From: Neocallimastix sp. 'constans'
Lineage: Eukaryota
Assembly (NCBI GenBank): GCA_050613775.1
Contig: JBODTK010000132.1
Coordinates: 62,001-126,000 of the forward strand
Length of the DNA stretch: 64,000 nt
Direction of reading: 5' to 3'
The notes beneath the pieces are model-generated. The model did not search any database and had not been told where the DNA came from. It saw nothing but the letters and a program-made list of their open reading frames with translations. Shown here in pieces: positions 51,860 through 64,000 of the stretch (positions are counted from its first letter, which is position 1; every line of letters starts with the position of its first letter). The position numbers and the translations under genes are program-made.

Positions 51860-52803
51860 ATTTTTTTTTTTTTTTTTTTAATTATGATTATTTTAATTAT
51901 GATTATTTTAATTACGATTATTTTAATTTTAATTTAATTTAGTTTAGTTTAAAAATAAATAAATAAATAAATAAATAAAATTATTAATAATAAAAAAAAA
52001 AGTAAAAAAAATTTAACTATTTTTTTTTTTTTTTCTTACTTTTAAAAAAATTTGGTTTAAATTTGTTATTAATTTTAATTGAAAAAAATTATAAGAAAAA
52101 AAAAGTTTAAAAAAAAAAAAAAAAAATCTCTTTTTTCTTAATCATATATATTCTTTTTTTTTTTTTTATTTTTTTTTTATTGGTTAAAAATTATTTAAAT
52201 AAATAAATAAATAAATTATTAAATAAATAAATTTTAATTGATATACCTAACGAAATTAAATAAAAAATATTAAAAAATAAATAAAATATAAACGTATAAT
52301 TTAATTCAAGTAAATAAATAAGTAAATAAGTAAATAAATAAGTAAATAAATTAGTAAATAAATAAATAAATAAGTAAATAAATAAATAAGTAAATAAATA
52401 AATAAATAAATATACTATAATAATTAATATAATACATTCATGATATTATTATATATATATGCATATAATGAAGAGTTAAAATTCAATATTCATAATATAT
52501 ATATATACTCATTTTGTTTAAAGCTAATTTCTTTGATGAAATTTCAATTATATAATTCCTCTTCCTTATTTCTTTTTTTAAATATTCCAGAATAATAATA
52601 ATAATTAAATTATACAATATTATATTTAATATAATTCTTTATAAAAAATATTTTATTCTTTTTTTTTATTTATTTTATTATATTTTATTATTATTTTGGT
52701 ATATTATTTTTTATAATTTTATTATTTCTAATATAGTATTTTGAATTTATTTACAATTATTTAATTTTTTTTTTTTTTTTTAATGGCTTTTTCTTTTTTT
52801 CTT

Positions 52804-52863
<60 letters not shown>

Positions 52864-53178
52864 TTCCCTTGATTGTTTATTTTATTCCATTTTTTTCTTT
52901 TCTTTCTTTCTTTTTTTTTTTTCTTTTCATTTATTTATTTTTTTTTATATAGAGTCTAATAGAAAAAAAAAAAAAAAAAATATAAAATATTGAAATCCAT
53001 TTAAAATTTATAATGAATTTTATTGTTTTTATTATTATTTTGTTTTAGATAATTAAAAAAGTGTTTGCAATTTTATATAAATATATATAATTATATATTT
53101 TTTAATGAATATAAAAAATATATAAATTATTATTATTTTTTATCATTTTTTTTCCCTACTATTTATTTGGTTTTTTTT

Positions 53179-53541
53179 TTAATTATTTAATTTATTTTTT
53201 ACAAGAGCAACTGTAATATCATTTTCAGAACTGATTAAGAAATTGGAATTATCTGTTTCTATAGATATTGCTGGTTTTGAAGAATCTAATGAAATTTCAG
53301 TTGCACGACTAATAAGCGATGAAACATAAGCTGCTGTATTACTTTTTATAGCACCTTTTGCTATTACAATATTATATTATATTGTATTATATTAATGTTG
53401 ATAATATTGAAAGAGTTATTAAAATATTTTTATTCGTAAAATAAAAAAATAGAAGAGAAGAATGGAAATTCAAATTTATTTTATTTTTTAGATTAGAAAT
53501 TTGAATTAAATAGTTTAATTTAAAATTTAAAATGTATCAGA

Positions 53542-53578
<37 letters not shown>

Positions 53579-53803
53579 GAATCAAATTGTTTATATCATT
53601 AGACATTTTAAAATAAAATATGAATAAATATTAAATAAATTTTATATATTTTTATTTATTTATTTATATATATTACATCCTAAACATAATCCATTATTAT
53701 CAGTGACTAAAATTCCTTTAACATCTTCCATAGATGAGCTAATTTACAATTTCAAAATAAAATATCGATAATATTTATTATAATAATAAAATAAAATAAA
53801 GTA

Positions 53804-53842
<39 letters not shown>

Positions 53843-53922
53843 CAACAAACTTTATCATATTATTGATAATATTTATATATTGCTTACTATTTTTGAATGG
53901 TATTTTCAAATTGATTTTCCAT
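53179..53922 (-). CDS. LAMTOR5: Ragulator subunit LAMTOR5 (HBXIP) homolog; exons 53922-53888, 53738-53677, 53360-53179 (92 aa)
   Basis: The spliced product is MENQFENTIQKYSSMEDVKGILVTDNNGLCLGSKGAIKSNTAAYVSSLISRATEISLDSSKPAISIETDNSNFLISSENDITVALVKNKLNN. It is colinear with human LAMTOR5 as recalled (GVLCTDSQGLNLG.RG, P.VCLESDN.NIMI, ITVAVHK). Both introns are GT..AG and in phase. Confidence 0.87.
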
Positions 53923-54366
53923 TTTAAAGTTTTATTATATTTTATTTTGTTATTATTACTCTATTATTCTATTATTTAATAAAATAAAAAAAAAAAATTT
54001 TTTTTATCCTTTTTTTTTTTTTTTTTAATAAATATTGAAAATTCAAACAAATAAAAAATTATATATATATATATATTAATAGTTATTCAAAAAAAAAATT
54101 AAATAGATAGTACAGTACCGAAATTAATAGATAAGTAATAGATATGTAATTGTTATATATACAATTTTTTTACTTTTTTTTTTTTTTTTTTTAATTATAA
54201 TTAATATATTTTGATATATAGAAAGTATATAAGGGTATTTATATATTTAATTTACAATATAGTTTAATAATGATTAGTAATAAATATGCTAAAATGAAGA
54301 AATTTACTAATTTATAATTCCAACAAATATTACAACAGATAAGGAGTATTAGTCTTTTTTTTTTTA

Positions 54367-54502
<136 letters not shown>

Positions 54503-55178
54503 CTAAATATTTATATATATATATATATTTATTTATATAAAATAGTTTTTACAAAAATTTTTTAATTTTTAAATATTTTATTCTTGTTCTTTATATTTTT
54601 TAAAATTTATTAAATTTTTTATTATATATACTATATTTTATTAATTTATATATCTATATATTATATAACCATTATTAATAGTAAATAAAATGAAAAAGAA
54701 ATGATTTAATAATTAATAATTGTTTAAATAAATAAATATTTTCTAAATAAAAAAAAAAAAAATAATAAAAATTATTATGTATATAATATATATGATTTTT
54801 ATTATATATATGATTTTTTTTTTTAGATAAATTATTTTACTCATTAAAATATATGATATTAATAAAAATTTTTTAAAGAATAAAAAATTAATAGTATTAC
54901 TGGAGTATAAGATAAAAAAAAATAATAAATAAATAAATTTAAATTATAAAAAAAGAAAAAAAAATTGATAAATAATAATTTAATAAATAATGAATAATAT
55001 TATAAAACCTTAAAATTTAAATTAAAATTATAAAATAATATTAAAAAAATAAAAAATAGAAAAAATAGAAAAAAAGGAATTGACTGATATAAAATAATAT
55101 TGTTATCTTTGTTACTATTGTATTTTTTTTTTTTTTTTTTTTTTTGATCTTTTGTTATAATTGTATTTTCTTTTCCTT

Positions 55179-57559
55179 TTATGAATTAAATAAAGTAGAA
55201 TGGAAATTAGTATTATTACTATTAGTATTGGATGTGGTTGAATTGGTATGATTAAATAAACTAGTATTAATACCAGTGGTTAAATCATTAGCAATGGAAG
55301 CCGTTATACCGGAGAGGCCACTATTAAATCCAATTGAATTCATAGAATTAAACGTAGGGGTAATCTTTATAATACCTAGATCATTATTACTATACATATC
55401 AACATCCACATTATCTACACTATCTATTAAGCTATTATTCGGTAAAGTGGAGGTATGATAATTAGATAAGGAAAGACGTGGTGATTGATTTGGAATTTGT
55501 ATATGTGTAGGATTGGTCGTTGGCATTTTGGAGGTATCCGTCGTTATGGAAGAATAGTTGGTAGATTCTTGTGGTTGATTGAGGATAGATATCGCTTGAA
55601 TATTAGATACCAGACTACTATTTAATAAAGCATGTGAAGTATTAATAGAAGCATGGGAAGCGGAAGGGGATTCGGTATTGGAGGCATAGCCTGCTAGACG
55701 ATTACCTCTTCTGGAACGTTCAAAGAAGGTACGTATTTGAGTACGATTAGGAATTCTATGTTTTGGTATATTATATTTAATGGCCATGGCTTCAGCTTGT
55801 CTTAAAAAGCGGGTATAGGTAATATCTTTACTTAAGGCAGCACGGCAAGCTTCACTCATGATACGGTCAGAAGGTCTAAATTCTGAGATAGGACCTAAAA
55901 TTCCATGTAAATTTTTTCCGTATATGACAGCTTTTTTCAAATTACTGGCATAAATTTCAATTTTAAGGGTAGCATTACAAGAAACCTTGAGAGAACGATG
56001 ACTTTGTGAACTAGTGGTGTTTTGTTTACCATCATCACTCATGCTACGTCCACCATGACGCATACAATCAAAGTTTCTCTTCATACTATTATTTTGACTA
56101 TCCAAAAGAAGATTATTACCATTTCTGTAGAGATTTCCTCCTTCCGAAGAAGGTGAGGAAGTATTATTTGCTGCTGCTGCTGCTGATTGAGTTAAGGAAG
56201 TTCTTAATTTTTTAGCTAATTTTTTACCATTTTTACTAGAAATATCGGTAGTTTCAGCATCAATTGAATTTAAAGAGGATACAATGGATGGACACCAAGG
56301 ATAACCTTTACAGAAGAATCGAGAACCATACATCATACTCTGTTTATCAATTAAATCCTTGGACTTACGATACATTTTACTGCTGGGATCATTGGTTTCT
56401 GGAGACCAAGTAAGGTTAAGGGCTTTTGAAGGCATATTATTTCTTTCTCCTTCTAAACCACCAATATAATTAATGACTAAGTAGCCAGGATACCGATCGG
56501 TAGCAGAACGTTGAACACGCCAATCCTGAGGTTGATCCTCAAAAAATTTTGGGATATCATTGGTATCAATAACGGTAATTAATCTCCATCCACGATTGGT
56601 ATTACGATGAACGGCATCTTCAATTTCTTTTGGAACTTCTACATTTTGGGGGTATATGGCATTTACTTGCTCCTCAGGATCTAAAGGTTCTTCATTGTCA
56701 CTATGTTGTGAATTATTTTGATCCTCAACGGTAACAGGACTTCCAACTTTTGAATTACTATTGAGATAATTATTATTGGTATCTGAATTAGTATTATTTG
56801 GACGAGAATTTGAATTTTGTAATGACGGTATAGAAGTACTATTAGCGACTGTAGATATGGCTGTATTACTTGCTATTTTATCAGTATTACTATTTGGAGA
56901 AATGGTTAGACTATCATTGAAGGTGGAGGTAGTAAGACCACGAGCATTATTTAAATTTTGTAATGATACTAATCCATTAATAATATTATTCATACCAATG
57001 TTTGTATTTAGTGGAGAACTGGTACTTGAGTTTAAAGAAGCCGCTGTAGTAGCATTAATTGAGTTTAAAGAAGCCTGAATAGAGTTAAGATTGACTAGGG
57101 TATTACTTAATGGGGCCAATGAACTAAGGGTTTGAATAGAGGTGCTTGGATTACTTGTAGTAGAATTCAATTGATTTAAGCCACTAATACCATTAAGTTG
57201 GTTTAATTGTGCTAAATTATTTAAACTATTTAATTGATTACGAAGAGATCCTGAGCTATTATTTCCATTATTTCCACCACTTAATTGATTTAAAAGACTA
57301 ATATTATTTATTCCTGAAAGTCCTTGAATATTACCTAAATTACTTAATGTTAAACTATTAACTGTTAAAAGATAGGGAAAAAAAAGATATTAGAACTTTG
57401 TGAATAATGTTATTATATGAAATTAATTTATTATCCATTTACTATCCATATTATTTTTTGTAAGATTACTACTACTAATACTACTAATACATCTATTACT
57501 AATACTACTAATACATCTATTAATATTACTATTAATACATCTACTACTACTACTACTAC

Positions 57560-57610
<51 letters not shown>

Positions 57611-58331
57611 AAATACAATCTGTACCATCATTTAAAGAGATACTATTCACTTTTGAATTTTTAGCTTCTTTTTCCTGTTTAGAAAGTTGATTATCATCAT
57701 TAGATTCTAAATTTATGGATTTATTAACATCAAAATCTAAAATTTCTGAAGTAGGATGATTAGAAGGTGAATTACTCGTTTGACCGTGGGTATTTTTTAA
57801 AAGAAGTGGGGATTCACAAGTGACACCTTTTAAAAGCTCTGAATCAATGACTTGACCAGGTAATAATTTTTTATTTCCTTTCCAAACGGTGACAAAACCT
57901 AATTCAGCGGAAGAACCGATGAAAGTTGGACCAAAAAATTGTAATATACTAACTTTAAGATCATGAACATCTTCACCAGAAAAAGGTATTTTAGTAGCAT
58001 CTATGTCTGTAAAACGTTTAATCCAAATATTTCTTGTTGGATTTACATTAGTAAATGAAGAAATATAACTTTGTTGGAATGAGGTAGTAGGACCCTCATT
58101 TGGAGGAAGAGAAGGTGAAGTTTGAGGTTGTGAAATAACTGGTGTATTTAAATTCATATTAGAAGAGGAAGTATTATTTTCTGGTGCTAATAAAATTTCT
58201 GAATAATTTTTAAGGGAATGATTATTTTGTATAGAATTTTCATTTGCAGAATTTTCATTCATTTCAGAAATTAGTTGTTTGTTTTGAAGAGTAACTATTT
58301 CTTCAGTTGGACCTATTTTTGTTGTTTTCAT
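55179..58331 (-). CDS. Uncharacterised Asn/Ser-rich protein, possible DNA-binding regulator; exons 58331-57626 and 57361-55179 (~962 aa)
   Basis: A phase-1 GTACAG..TTTTAACAG intron (57625-57362, containing AAT/AGT repeats) joins the 302-aa and 663-aa track ORFs in frame. Two or three globular islands lie within low-complexity sequence. Confidence 0.78.
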
Positions 58332-58462
58332 TATTATTGATATTATTATTATTTAAATATTTAGTTTCTTTTCTTATTTCTTTATTATTATTATTAATGT
58401 TTTTTAAAAGTTTAATTTTTTTTTTTTATTATTTCTTTTTTATTATTATTATTATTTAAATG

Positions 58463-58494
<32 letters not shown>

Positions 58495-60213
58495 TTTTTA
58501 ATTTCTTAGTTATTATTATTATTATTACTATTATTATTACTATTATTATTACTATTATTATTATTTCTTTTATATATTTGTTTTTTATTTAATTATTTTT
58601 TTTAATTAAATCACTTTCTTGAAATAAAATATAAAAATATTTACTTTATGTTTTTCCCGTAAATTTTACTTCGCGAATTTTTTAAATATAAATATTATTT
58701 TTCCATATATGTAGAATAGTATATTTGAAATGTTTTTATAAATCTGTATTAATAAATTATTGTTTAATTATAGATTATTTATATATACAAAAAAAAAAAA
58801 AAACTTTTCTATCTTTATTAAATAATAAATAAGAAAAGAAAATTTAAAAGTTGTCTATATGATAAAAAGGTATATTTTATTTCTTTCTTTGTTATATTTG
58901 ATTTTATTATTATTTTTTTTATTATATATATATTCTTTATAATTAAATCTTTTTAAGGCATTAAAAGATTATAATATTAAAAGAATATTTTTTATTGTTC
59001 AATTGATGTTAAAAGCTATAAATTTTGAACAAAATAAATAAATAAAAAAAAAACTAAAAAGAAAATAAAAATATATATCCATTTTAAATATATATATAAA
59101 GAAAAGAAAAGAAAAGAAAAGAAAAAGAAAAATTAGTTTTTTTTTTTTTTTAATTTATATATATTTATGATTAATAATACTTTTATTTTTATTTGTTTAT
59201 TTCTATTATCCAATCTTTTTCATATTATTATAAAAATAAAGCTTTAATTGATATTTAATAATAGCTTGATTTTAAAATACTTAAATAATTCTTTGATTTT
59301 TTATCAATTATTTATATTGAAATAAATGTAATGGCCAATATATAAAAATGTTGTTATAAATATAATGTATATAACAAAAATTTATTATGGTGATTTTTTA
59401 AAAGCTTTAAAATACCTATATAAAACAATGCTAAACATATTATTACTTTTTTTTTTTTTTTTTTATTTTTTTAATTCCTTTTTAATATCTCAAAATATTT
59501 AAATTTCAAAGAATTATATATTCCTTTTCTATTTTGTAATATTAAAATTACTTAAAATCCATTTTATATTTAATATTCAATATTTATCTATATATTAAAC
59601 TATAATCAAAATTTTTATATTAGATACTCTCTTAAAGTGTTTGGTCAATTAAAATGAAAATAATAATTCTTAATATTAATATCAAATATTTATTTATGAA
59701 GCAATTTCTCAAAAGTATTATTATAATAAAATATTATTATTTTATTTCGAATATTAACCTTTCTTTTCCTTCTTTTTTTAACTTTTTCTTTCTCTTTTTT
59801 GGTTTAAATAAATCTGATTACTGAATATTTAAATAAGTATATATATAAATAATATAAAAAAAAAAAAAAAAAAAAAAGTATATTAATAATTTTAAATAAA
59901 TATATTTATAAATTAAAATGTTTTAATTTTTATTACATATTAAAAAAAAATAAACTTCTAAATTATATTTAATATTAAAATGAATTAAACATTTGTAAAG
60001 TACATTATTTAAAGGTCTTTAAAATTTAAAATCAAGTCAATATAGTGACTATTGTTTTTATTTATAAACTAAAAACAATGAATTAATACTCTTTTTTAAT
60101 TTACATTAATAATAAAATGACTTTTTTAAAAAAAAAAATAATTAAAGTATGAAAAACACAAAAAAAAAAATTTTTTTTAAAACTCTTTATAAATGATTTA
60201 AAATTCATAAAAT

Positions 60214-60257
<44 letters not shown>

Positions 60258-61799
60258 TAATAAATATTTAATATATTTTATATTAAATATTATATAGTAT
60301 AAATATATATGATATATGATATGAAATAATAAATATAAAATAATAAATAAATAAATATATCTAAGTAAATAAATACATTAAAAAAATTAATACAATCATG
60401 TAAATATTTAAAATTTTTGTATTATCATTGTAAATAATATATTATACATATTATATATATTTTATTAAATAGTTAATAATAATTATTATAAAGAATAATA
60501 ATTAAGATTTTTCTCAAATTCTAATAAATATAAAAAAATTTTTTTTTATTTTTTAATTTTTATATTAATATATAAACTTTTATATTAAATGGTATATTAT
60601 ATTGTATTAATTTCAATATTTCCCATATATTATTTATAAACAACAATTTATTTTTTTTTATTATTAAAATAAAACCAATTTAAATTAAATAAATATTTTT
60701 ATTTTTTTTTATTTATTTTTTTATTTTTTTTTATTTTTTTTATTTTAATTATATTTTAATTATATTTTAATTATATTTTAATTATATTTTAATTATAGTT
60801 TAATTATAGTTTAATTTCTGTTTTTCTTGAAATCCAGATTAAAAAATTTTATTAATAGTAATGAAAATTTTAATAAAAATATATAAATATTTAACAATTG
60901 TTTTTTTTTTTTTTTATTTTTTTATGTATTTTTTAATTTTTTTTAATAGTTATTAGTATAAATTATAAAATATAATAAAAAACAATAAATAAAAATAATA
61001 ATAAAATGAAATAAAATATATTAATTATAAATTAATCATAATAAATAATAAATAATATTTATATAAATTTTATTACATAATATTTTGATTTTATTTAATA
61101 AAAGAAAATAATAATATTCAAAACTGAAGGAAAAAAAAAAAAAAAAAAAGGAATATTCAATAATAAAAAAAATTATATTATCTTAAAAACTGAAAGTATT
61201 ATTAAATTAAATTATTAAATTATAAATCTCAAGGTTATATTACATGAAATATTATATATTAAATAAAAAAAAAAATCCGCTCTAACGCTCTAAATTTTTA
61301 TTTTAAAAAATATTTATATATTTTATTATCAAATTATTAATTTTATTATTATTATTATTATTATATCTTACTATTTAACTATAATAATTTTAAATTTTTT
61401 ATTTTCATTATTTTGTATTTTTTATTTTCATTATTTTTACTAACTGTTTTATGGTTATTTATAAATCTTTTTTTTTTTTTTCATTTTATATTATTATTTC
61501 ATTAAAAAAAAAATTATTATTATTGTATTACATATTATATTTTTTTTATATCTATATTTTATATCATCATATATTTTATTTAATTTCCTTTTTATTTTTT
61601 TATTTTCATAATATTTCTTAATTTTTTTCCTAATGCAATAAAAATATTAACTATTCTATCGATTCTTAAATTGAATGTATTTAACAAATGATTTATTTAA
61701 ATATTGATATTTTAATTTATTGTTACTTTTTTTTTTTTTTATTAATATATATATAATAAAAGCATTAAAATATATCCAAATATAAAATCTTAATATAAT

Positions 61800-61914
61800 T
61801 TAAAAATATTATAAAAAATATGAAAATATGAAATAAATATAAAATATTTTATATATTATTATTATTATTATTATTATTTATTTCATATTTTCATATTTTT
61901 TATAATATTTTTAA
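61800..61914. repeat. Perfect 40-bp AT-rich inverted repeat with 35-nt spacer
   Basis: TTAAAAATATTATAAAAAATATGAAAATATGAAATAAATA (61800-61839) and its reverse complement (61875-61914). Confidence 0.8.
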
Positions 61915-62957
61915 CAAAATTTAACCGAGACTCTTTAGTTGGAAATAACTTTAAAAAAAAAAAAAAATTAAATTTTATTAATAATTAAAGTTTATAAATT
62001 TCACTCTCTTAATAAAAATGAAAGTATTATTTATCATAATTCACTGCCTACACATGGTTTTTACTTATTTTTGATAATCAACTTTAAATGATTTTAATAT
62101 TTAGAAAAAAAAATTAAAATGGTATAATTTATTAAAATATATATATATATATTTTGTTTTATTAAATTGTAATCTATTTTAATTCAATATTGTTTTATTA
62201 AATATTTCTTTTACTTTAATAAACCAAGGAGATTATTAAAAAATATTAAACTTAAAACGTTAGAAATACTAATTAATTAGTTGTTGCTATTAAAAACTAT
62301 AAAGAAAAATAATTTAAATGAGATAATTACTAAATATTCATTAATAAAAATAATTATTAGAAATAAAAATAAAAATAGAGTGGATTCTTTGAAAAATAAA
62401 ATAAAATAAATAATTAAAAAAATGGAAAATTTTTAATAAAAAGTAGGTATTAAATTAATATTAAAATTTTAGTTCAAAATTTTATTTCTATTTTTTTTTT
62501 AATCTATTTAATATATTAATATAAAAAGGTTAAACCTTATAAATTAATATTTATTTATCCTATCAATGCTATCCACTCTTTTTAAAAAAAAAAAAAAGAT
62601 ATTAAAAAATTTTAAAAATATATATATATATATAGAATATAATAATAATAATAATCATATTAATAGTAATAATAATTGAACAATATTAAAATATAATAAA
62701 CCAACACAAAAAATATGAATAATAGTAATTATCAAACTATCAAATAACAATTATCATTTTTAATAATTTAAAAGAGAGATTAATAATTATTCATAATTTT
62801 AATTATTATTACAATATATCCTAAAAGTAAAAACAATAAAAATTGAAAAAATATATATATTTTTACAAATATTAATTTTAATCCATATAATAAATTATAT
62901 ATTAATACTATTAATTATAAATTAAATTGACAAAGATAATTATTATAATTTTTAATA

Positions 62958-63082
62958 ATAATAAATAATAAATAATAAATAATAAATAATAAATAATAAA
63001 TAATAAATAATAAATAATAAATAATAAATAATAAATAATAAATAATAAATAATAAATAATAAATAATAAATAATAAATAATA
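62958..63082 (+). repeat. (AATAAAT)n heptamer satellite
   Basis: About 17 tandem units. Degenerate versions lie at ~40790-41070 (reverse orientation) and ~42240-42700. Confidence 0.9.
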
Positions 63083-64000
63083 ACTGTATAAAAAAAAAAA
63101 GGTAAATAATAATAATGGATATAAAGCACATTATATTTAATGAAAGAAAAACATTAATATAATTATTATTCAAATTAGGAAAAAATAATTTATTACTTTT
63201 TTTTAATCAGGAGAAAAAAAATAGTATAATTATATTATTATTATTATTTTTTTTTTTTTTTTTTTGATATTTAATTATTTTGATTTTTATCAATAAATAT
63301 TAAATTGTAGTATTTACAGACAGAAAAAATATAAAACACTTTATTTTTAATTAGCATTTATTATTATTTTGTAACATAATGATGACGACAATGATAATAG
63401 ACTATTTTGCCATTTAATTTTTTTTTGTATTAATTATTAATGATTTAATATATTATTGAAATATAAATCTTAAAAAAATTTTTTCTTTTCTTTTTATAAT
63501 TAATTAAAAAATAAAAAATAAATGATTAAATAATTATATGTAATATAATGATGATAATAAAATATGTATGAATATAATATAATATATAATATATAATATT
63601 ATATAACTTATTTAAAAATAAGTGGAAAGTAGTAAAATTTCATTATGAAATATAGAAAAAAATAATAAAAACTTTAATATATTTTTATTTTAAGAAGCTT
63701 CTTATTCATTTCAGAGAATAAAATTTTAAAATTAATCGAAAAACAATCCAAGAAAAAAAAATTTTGCCGTTAATTATTTAAATATTAAAAATAGATTAAA
63801 TTTTATGAAGATGCTTCACTAAAAAAAAATAAAATAAAATAAAATAAAATAAAAAAAGTTTTTTTTTTTTAAAAAAAAAAAAAGAAATCAACTAATACCC
63901 AAATAATTGAATTAACAATATTAAATATTATGTATGTTATAAAAATAATAAATAAGAATAATAAATAAGAATATAAAAAATATTTAAAATTAATTTTATT

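Noticed and set aside
57417..57635. Poly-Ile/Thr ORFs and the poly-Asn/Ser tail of the 302-aa ORF
   Set aside because: They lie in the inferred intron 57625-57362, which is made of trinucleotide repeats.
61277..61293. CGCTCTAA motif, tandem here and also at ~45778
   Set aside because: Too short and too few occurrences to support a regulatory site.

Overview
Extremely AT-rich eukaryotic DNA with GT..AG introns, long homopolymer and microsatellite deserts and secreted plant-cell-wall enzymes. This is most consistent with an anaerobic gut fungus (Neocallimastigomycota); that assignment is an inference. The left ~30 kb is gene-sparse and accessory-like. It holds a secreted, domain-inverted GH3 glycosidase (2 exons), a 250-bp MITE-like element, a CAP/PR-1 secreted protein, an unexplained 97-bp GC-rich island, a recent full-length Ty1/copia LTR retrotransposon (16691-22763, minus strand) and a tandem pair of CBM1-CE12 acetylesterase genes, one of them frameshifted. 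The right half holds intron-containing housekeeping-type genes: a 7-exon Kin1/MARK kinase, a 4-exon small membrane protein, a WW-domain protein, a 3-exon LAMTOR5 (Ragulator) homolog that the ORF track misses entirely, and a 2-exon putative DNA-binding protein. The most unusual object is the copia element. It has TG..TA rather than TG..CA LTR ends, a bipartite hairpin-forming primer-binding site complementary to the 5' half of tRNA-Lys(CUU), a 6x38-bp hairpin array in its leader and an in-frame tract of ~120 Asn between integrase and RT. All gene models were spliced by hand from the sequence, and no database searches were run.
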